Assembly (NCBI GenBank): GCA_964536485.1
Contig: CAZHXX010000005.1
Coordinates: 42-64,041, forward strand
Length of the DNA: 64,000 nt
From: an uncultured Candidatus Saccharibacteria bacterium
GTDB taxonomy: Bacteria; Patescibacteriota; Saccharimonadia; Saccharimonadales; SZUA-47
Direction: 5' to 3'
In this document: piece by piece, positions 59,103 through 64,000 of the stretch
How positions within the stretch are numbered: position 1 is the first letter of the stretch
How the letters are laid out: each line of letters begins with the position of its first letter
Program-made: the position numbers and the translations under genes
Notes under the pieces: model-generated
Databases searched by the model: none
What the model saw: only the letters and a program-made list of their open reading frames with translations
Told to the model about the DNA's origin: nothing

Positions 59103-60908
59103 ATGGTGGAAAACGCAAAACGCAGTTACCATCGCTTTCGAATGCGCCTAAGGCGTAAAGTGCGTAAACAGCGCCATCAGGTGGAAGATATTTCCGTGCA
59201 AGCAGACGACATGCTCGATAAGCATGTGTTTCGTCGTGTTGGCCACTTGAAGGGTGTAAGAAGATTTGTTTTTTCTTGGGTGCTACTAGTCTCATTCGTT
59301 GGACTTGGTGCAATATGGCAGGTGAAGAGCCTTGATTCTTTTTATCTTGAGCTTGTTCCTGCGAGTGGCGGAGTATACCGTGAGGGAATGATAGGGTCAT
59401 TTACGACCGCAAATCCTCTTTTTGCGGTTAACGATGTCGATAGCTCTGTCTCTCGCTTAGTTTTTTCTGGGCTTTTCAAGCTTTCGCCAGAGGGCACTCT
59501 TGAGCCAGATTTAGCAACGAGCTATGAAGCAAACACAGATGGCACCGTCTATACAGTTCATTTGAAAGACAATATACGATGGCAAGATGGTGCTCCTTTT
59601 ACCTCGAGCGATGTGTTGTTTACGTATGAACGTATAAAAAATCCAGAAGTTAAATCGCCGTTGTTTAACAGCTGGTCAGCAATTACCGCAGAAGCAAAGG
59701 ATGATTATACGGTTGTATTCACATTGCCTAATACGCTGAGCTCTTTTCCTTTTTCGATGACGAACGGAATTATCCCAAAGCACTTACTTGGTGACATCTC
59801 GCCAGTTGATTTGCGCAACGTACCTTTTAATAGCGTGAATCCGGTAGGGACTGGCTTGTTTCGGTTTAATAAGGTGGAGGTTCTCGGAGATTCTATCGTA
59901 GAGCGTCAAGAAAAAGTAACCTTAGAAAAAAATACGATGTATTACGGAAAAGTGCCAATGATTGATGGTATTACACTGCGCACCTTCAGAGATGAAGATT
60001 CTATGCTTGAGTCATTTAAGAAGCAGGAAATTTCCGCTATGGTTGGGCTAGAAACGCTCCGAGATGACGCACAGGATGACAACACCGTGCAAACCTTTAG
60101 TACGCCATTGTCTGGGCAGGTAATGCTCTTTTTGAAAAACTCGACACCAGCGCTTAGCGATGTTACTGTGCGCAAAGCTTTGCTTCGTGCGACAAATACT
60201 GAAGCACTTAGACAGAAAATCGGGTACAACTTAGTGAGCTCCGATTCGCCGTTTTTGAAGTCGCATTTTACTTATGACCCCACAAAGATTCAGCTACCGT
60301 TTGATAGCGCTGAGGCAGAACGGTTGCTCGACAGTACGGGGTGGGTGAAAAATATAAGTGGTATGCGTGAAAAAGATGGACAAAAATTGACGCTACGACT
60401 TGTTTCGCAAAGCATAAGTGAATATGCAACGGTAGCTCAGGAGTTACAGAAGCAGTGGGCAAGTGTCGGCGTGCAAGTCGAAGCAGTCCTGCAACCAGAA
60501 GAGGACGTTCAGACGGGGGCAATTATTCAGCATGACTATGATGTGTTGCTTTATGGCATTTCACTTGGACCAGACCCCGACGTTTTTGCGTTTTGGCACA
60601 GCTCACAGACGGATCCACGCTTGCGGTCGAGGCTTAATTTGTCGGAGTACACGAGTAAAGTAGCCGATTTATCGCTGGAGGCAGGAAGAACACGTACAAA
60701 TGCCGAGCTACGGAAGGTAAAATATGGGCCGTTTCTTGATGCTTGGACTGCTGATGTACCGGCTATAGCGCTGTATCAACCCCGTTTCTTATTTGTTGTT
60801 AGAGGGACGCTCGAAGGATACAGAAGTGGGCAGTTTACCAACGCTTCGGATAGGTTTTATTCAGTAGCAGACTGGCAAATCCGGCGTGAAAAAACAGTAA
60901 AATATTAA
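59103..60908 (+). CDS. family-5 (oligopeptide-type) substrate-binding protein, membrane-anchored
   Basis: GGVYREG, LVFSGLF, PDLA, WQDG.PFTSSDV.FT, PVGTG.F. Confidence 0.85.
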   Translation: MVENAKRSYHRFRMRLRRKVRKQRHQVEDISVQADDMLDKHVFRRVGHLKGVRRFVFSWVLLVSFVGLGAIWQVKSLDSFYLELVPASGGVYREGMIGSFTTANPLFAVNDVDSSVSRLVFSGLFKLSPEGTLEPDLATSYEANTDGTVYTVHLKDNIRWQDGAPFTSSDVLFTYERIKNPEVKSPLFNSWSAITAEAKDDYTVVFTLPNTLSSFPFSMTNGIIPKHLLGDISPVDLRNVPFNSVNPVGTGLFRFNKVEVLGDSIVERQEKVTLEKNTMYYGKVPMIDGITLRTFRDEDSMLESFKKQEISAMVGLETLRDDAQDDNTVQTFSTPLSGQVMLFLKNSTPALSDVTVRKALLRATNTEALRQKIGYNLVSSDSPFLKSHFTYDPTKIQLPFDSAEAERLLDSTGWVKNISGMREKDGQKLTLRLVSQSISEYATVAQELQKQWASVGVQVEAVLQPEEDVQTGAIIQHDYDVLLYGISLGPDPDVFAFWHSSQTDPRLRSRLNLSEYTSKVADLSLEAGRTRTNAELRKVKYGPFLDAWTADVPAIALYQPRFLFVVRGTLEGYRSGQFTNASDRFYSVADWQIRREKTVKY

Positions 60909-60949
60909 GAACTTTGCTTGGCCGAACGAAAGTGTTTGCACTTTGAGTG

Positions 60950-61276
60950 AGCAATTTTAGGCAAGTCAAGATTTGAACCTTTATAATAATGTGTACGCGG
61001 ATGTGGTGGAATGTGAGAAATGCCTGTGGCATTTCGCAAGGCAACCTTCACTAGCAAACTTGTTTTCAAAGATGAAGTTTCGGGTGAAATGAGCCTGTGG
61101 CTCGTTGCAAGGATTATTGTCTGATTTTATACTTGTATAAAGTAAGACAAAATCTGGGTCGCTAAAAGTGACCGCCAAAGGTGACAGACACGCGTGCTTG
61201 CGTTCAACGCAAGCAATTTTTAGACAAGTCAAGATTCGAACCTTTATACTTAAGTAGATGCGGATGTGGTGGAATG
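60950..61276 (+). repeat. direct repeat of promoter plus tRNA-Leu 5' end (60950-61013 and 61212-61276) flanking a hairpin-rich spacer
   Basis: Both copies read agcaatttt(t)agRcaagtcaagattYgaacctttata....gcggatgtggtggaatg. Confidence 0.8.
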
Positions 61277-61343
61277 GTAGACACGCTGGCTTCAGGTGCC
61301 AGTGTCGCAAGACGTGAAGGTTCAAGTCCTTTCATCCGCACCA
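61260..61343 (+). tRNA. tRNA-Leu (CAG)
   Basis: ctggc-ttCAGgt-gccag, variable arm, GGTTCAAGTCC, encoded CCA. Confidence 0.95.
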
Positions 61344-61403
61344 ATCAAAGTGGAGCCTTGCAAAAGGCTCCTTTTTGATTGGTGATGGTGATAGATTTGA
61401 ACC
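61335..61403 (+). repeat. ~69-bp inverted repeat, left arm (tRNA 3' end, terminator, inverted T-arm-like motif)
   Basis: Reverse complement of 63290-63357 apart from one T in a homopolymer run. Confidence 0.88.
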
Positions 61404-61497
61404 CTTGGGTCGAGAAAGTTCAGTGAACTTTCGAGTTTTCCTTGCTTGACCACCCGAGATACGCTTGCGTTCTCGAGGGTGTGAAAAATAATATGTT

Positions 61498-61515
61498 GTC
61501 CTCTCGTCCGCACCA
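61498..61515 (+). repeat. isolated tRNA-Leu(GAG) 3' end (att-like)
   Basis: gtcctctcgtccgcacca, identical to the 3' end of the tRNA at 63522-63607. Confidence 0.8.
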
Positions 61516-61629
61516 ATCACTGCATCTGTGCACCTCACTCGTAAACGAACGGTAATGCTGAGAGAAATACGAAAATTATGTCCCATCCAAACTAGTTATG
61601 CTATGATTAAATCATTCTAACGATAAAGG

Positions 61630-63270
61630 TTGACAGTGAATAAAGTTGCACAGTATTTGCAGCAGCATTTGAATGGCGAAATCATAACGTCGCCAGATGC
61701 GCTTGAGTATTTTTCAACAGATGAAAGTATTTTGCGAATTACTCCGCAACTTGCTCTCTACCCACGCTCAGAAAATGACGTCCGTAAAGTAGCAAGATTT
61801 ACCTGGCAACTTGCAGAAAAAGGTCGAGCAGTCCCGATTACTGCACGCGGAATGGGAACAGATCAGACAGGCGCATCGCTTGGGACAGGAATTATTCTTG
61901 TAACACCAGCACACATGAACAGAATTATTGAACTCGATCCAAAAACTGGCGTTGTTACGGCTGAAGCGGGTATTACACTAGATAAATTGCAACAGGTGCT
62001 CTACACCCATGGACGTTTTTTGCCACCAGTATCAAGCGTGAACCAGACAGCTACTCTCGGTGGGGCAGTATCAAATGATGATAGTGGCAGAGGAAGTTAT
62101 AAGTATGGTCCAATGCAACGGTTTGTGCGTAGCCTGAGAGTTGTTTTGGCGAATGGGGAAGTGATTGATACGGGACGAATAAGCAAAAGAGAGCTGAGTA
62201 AAAAGCTTGGGTTGGCGTCGTTTGAGGGTGAGATATATCGTTCCCTTGATAAGCTCATAGAAGAGTCGCACAGTACGCTTTCGCAACTTGCAACAGTGAC
62301 TGACCATAGTGCCGCGGGATATAACATTTCTGACGTCAAGCAAAAAGACGGTTCGTTTGACCTGACACCGTTATTTGTTGGCGCACAAGGTACTTTGGGA
62401 GTAATTACTGAAGTTACGCTTGAAACTTTGCCATATAACCCGTCAAAAGATTTTCTCATTGCAGGATTTATAGACAGAGAAAGTGCTTGGACGTCGGTAC
62501 AAAAGCTGAACGATATGAAAGATGGTGCCACAGCCATAGATTTTGTCGATCAGACATTATTGCGAACGGTTGAAACACTTAACCCGGCGGTACTCAAACC
62601 ACTTGAGGGTGGTCGTCCTGCGGTACTTTTGTTCATTGATATTGATAACGATACAGCGCGAACACGTAAAAAAATTGTAAAACGGATACGTAAAACACTT
62701 GAGTCATCTGGGGCTGAGATTGTTGAGCCGGTAGAAACCGAGGAGCATGTATGGGAACGGCTTAGAGATGCGGCCTCTTTGCACCTTACCAATGTTTCTG
62801 GGAAGAAGCGAGCTATTCCTGTTCTTGATGATGCACAAGTACCACTAGATAAGATGATAGGATTCTTTAAAGAGCTTGAAGCACTTATGCAGACGGCAAT
62901 GATTGAAGAGTTTGCAGTTTGGGGTCAGGCAGGAACGGGCTTGGTGCATGTCGCTCCTCTTCTTGACCTTTCGGCAGTTGGTGACAGGCAAAAGCTGTTT
63001 AAGGTGATGGAAGCATATTACGGCTATATCTGCACCATCGGTGGTTCGATTAGCGGTGAGTATGCAGAAGGACGCCTGCGGGCAATATTTGCTCAAAAAC
63101 AATTTAGCGAGCAAGCACTTGCAGTATTTCGTTCGACCAAAGCTATATTTGATCCACAGCAGACTATGAATCCTGGCGTTAAAGTCGGAGTAAGTCTGGA
63201 ATCCTTAAAGCCGTTGCTCAGAGAAGAGTATGCACTTCAACATCAGTTTGTGCATTTACCTCGGGGCTAA
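61630..63270 (+). CDS. FAD-binding oxidoreductase (GlcD/D-lactate dehydrogenase-like)
   Basis: ARGMGTDQTG, ATLGGAVSN, GAQGTLGVITE, GSISGE, FDP..MNPG. Confidence 0.88.
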   Translation: MTVNKVAQYLQQHLNGEIITSPDALEYFSTDESILRITPQLALYPRSENDVRKVARFTWQLAEKGRAVPITARGMGTDQTGASLGTGIILVTPAHMNRIIELDPKTGVVTAEAGITLDKLQQVLYTHGRFLPPVSSVNQTATLGGAVSNDDSGRGSYKYGPMQRFVRSLRVVLANGEVIDTGRISKRELSKKLGLASFEGEIYRSLDKLIEESHSTLSQLATVTDHSAAGYNISDVKQKDGSFDLTPLFVGAQGTLGVITEVTLETLPYNPSKDFLIAGFIDRESAWTSVQKLNDMKDGATAIDFVDQTLLRTVETLNPAVLKPLEGGRPAVLLFIDIDNDTARTRKKIVKRIRKTLESSGAEIVEPVETEEHVWERLRDAASLHLTNVSGKKRAIPVLDDAQVPLDKMIGFFKELEALMQTAMIEEFAVWGQAGTGLVHVAPLLDLSAVGDRQKLFKVMEAYYGYICTIGGSISGEYAEGRLRAIFAQKQFSEQALAVFRSTKAIFDPQQTMNPGVKVGVSLESLKPLLREEYALQHQFVHLPRG

Positions 63271-63277
63271 GCTTGTC

Positions 63278-63521
63278 TTTTCGCCTTTCGGTTCAAATCT
63301 ATCACCATCACCAATCAAAAGGAGCCTTTTGCAAGGCTCCACTTTGATTGGTGCGGACGAGAGGACTTGACTGGTTATCTCGCTCGAGTGTGCAAGCACA
63401 TCTCACTCACCGCTTCGCTCCATCTGACTCCTCAAACTGACACTGGCAGTTTTCGCCTTTCGGTTCAAGTCCTGCAATCAGACCAAATTAAAAAGCCCAG
63501 ATAAATCTGGACTTCTTAATT
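63278..63521 (-). mobile_element. tandem tRNA-3'-end-derived mini-element units downstream of tRNA-Leu(GAG)
   Basis: Duplicated tRNA 3' end (63349-63370); two terminator-like hairpins; ttttcgcctttcggttcaa repeated at 63278 and 63450. Confidence 0.55.
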
Positions 63522-63607
63522 TGGTGCGGACGAGAGGACTTGAACCTCCACAGGATCGCTCCCACTACCACCTCAAGGTAGCGTGTCTACCATTCCACCA
63601 CGTCCGC
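63522..63607 (-). tRNA. tRNA-Leu (GAG)
   Basis: Reverse complement: ctacc-ttGAGgt-ggtag, variable arm, T-arm, encoded CCA. Confidence 0.95.
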
Positions 63608-63630
63608 GAAATAACTTTTTAAAATAAAAA

Positions 63631-63707
63631 TGGTGGGTTGTGAGGGATTCGAACCCCCGACCCCCTCGGTGTAAACGAGGTGCTCTAGCCAACTGAGCTA
63701 ACAACCC
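63631..63707 (-). tRNA. tRNA-Val (TAC)
   Basis: Reverse complement: cctcg-ttTACac-cgagg, GGTTCGAATCC, encoded CCA. Confidence 0.95.
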
Positions 63708-63805
63708 AAGTTACTGAATTCTACTATTTTTTATTGATAAATTCAATACACTTCTCACTGATAGCGGTGCTATACTTATTGAGTAAGACGAATAAAGGAG
63801 TAGAA

Positions 63806-64000
63806 ATGATAATTGCATTAGTAGTACTAGGCCTTCTTGCGCTTGTACTTGTTGTTATGTATAACGGGTTAGTTAACACAAAGGTTCGTGTCGACGAAGC
63901 ATGGAGCGACATAACCGTTCAGTTGAAGCGCCGTGTTGACCTGATCCCAAATCTTGTAGAGACAGTTAAAGGGTATGCAAAGCACGAAAAGGGGGTATTT
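63806..64000 (+). CDS. lemA: LemA family protein (5' part, runs off the window)
   Basis: TM then [38 protein letters not shown]; SD aaaggag. Confidence 0.9.
   Translation, partial: MIIALVVLGLLALVLVVMYNGLVNTKVRVDEAWSDITVQLKRRVDLIPNLVETVKGYAKHEKGVF

Noticed and set aside
61014-61185. Intron-containing tRNA-Leu
   Set aside because: After AGACACGC the anticodon arm, T-arm and acceptor 3' strand are absent, so splicing would not give a tRNA; no group I/II core recognised.
60950-63545. CRISPR array
   Set aside because: The repeats are tRNA fragments in two or three copies with irregular, structured spacers; no cas genes are present.

Overview
This window is a chromosomal segment of a small-genome bacterium, most likely Patescibacteria/CPR (Saccharimonadia-like). 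That placement is an inference from gene content: a short AlaRS, an FtsA-like/baseplate-J-like gene pair, secG next to an orphan family-5 binding protein, ExoI, and apparently leaderless promoters. Housekeeping genes include metG, tatD, an iscS-type desulfurase, mnmA, alaS, ruvX, mltG, obgE, a class II photolyase, sbcB, uvrA, uvrC, rplY, trhO, secG, lemA and five tRNAs. The main result is a ~15 kb block (12538-27589) between the desulfurase and mnmA. It begins with a divergent F-type ATPase operon in canonical order: c-like, b-like, delta, alpha, gamma, beta, epsilon. There is no subunit a, and epsilon lacks its inhibitory C-terminal helices. The c-like hairpin keeps the RNP loop, has lost the ion-binding carboxylate, and is fused to an exported beta-rich domain. 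The operon is followed by a tail-fibre-like membrane protein and a WxL/pilin-like surface-filament cluster with a DUF916-like chaperone/anchor and a near-perfectly duplicated major subunit. I interpret this as a candidate ion-uncoupled rotary motor for surface-fibre export or movement; this is a hypothesis, not a demonstrated function. Other observations are effector-like orphans (HopA1-like, ART-like), tRNA-end-derived mini-elements flanking an FAD oxidoreductase, a palindromic element inserted in frame in the photolyase, several structured leaders, and a probable AUU start codon. All family calls come from motif recognition by eye; no searches were run.
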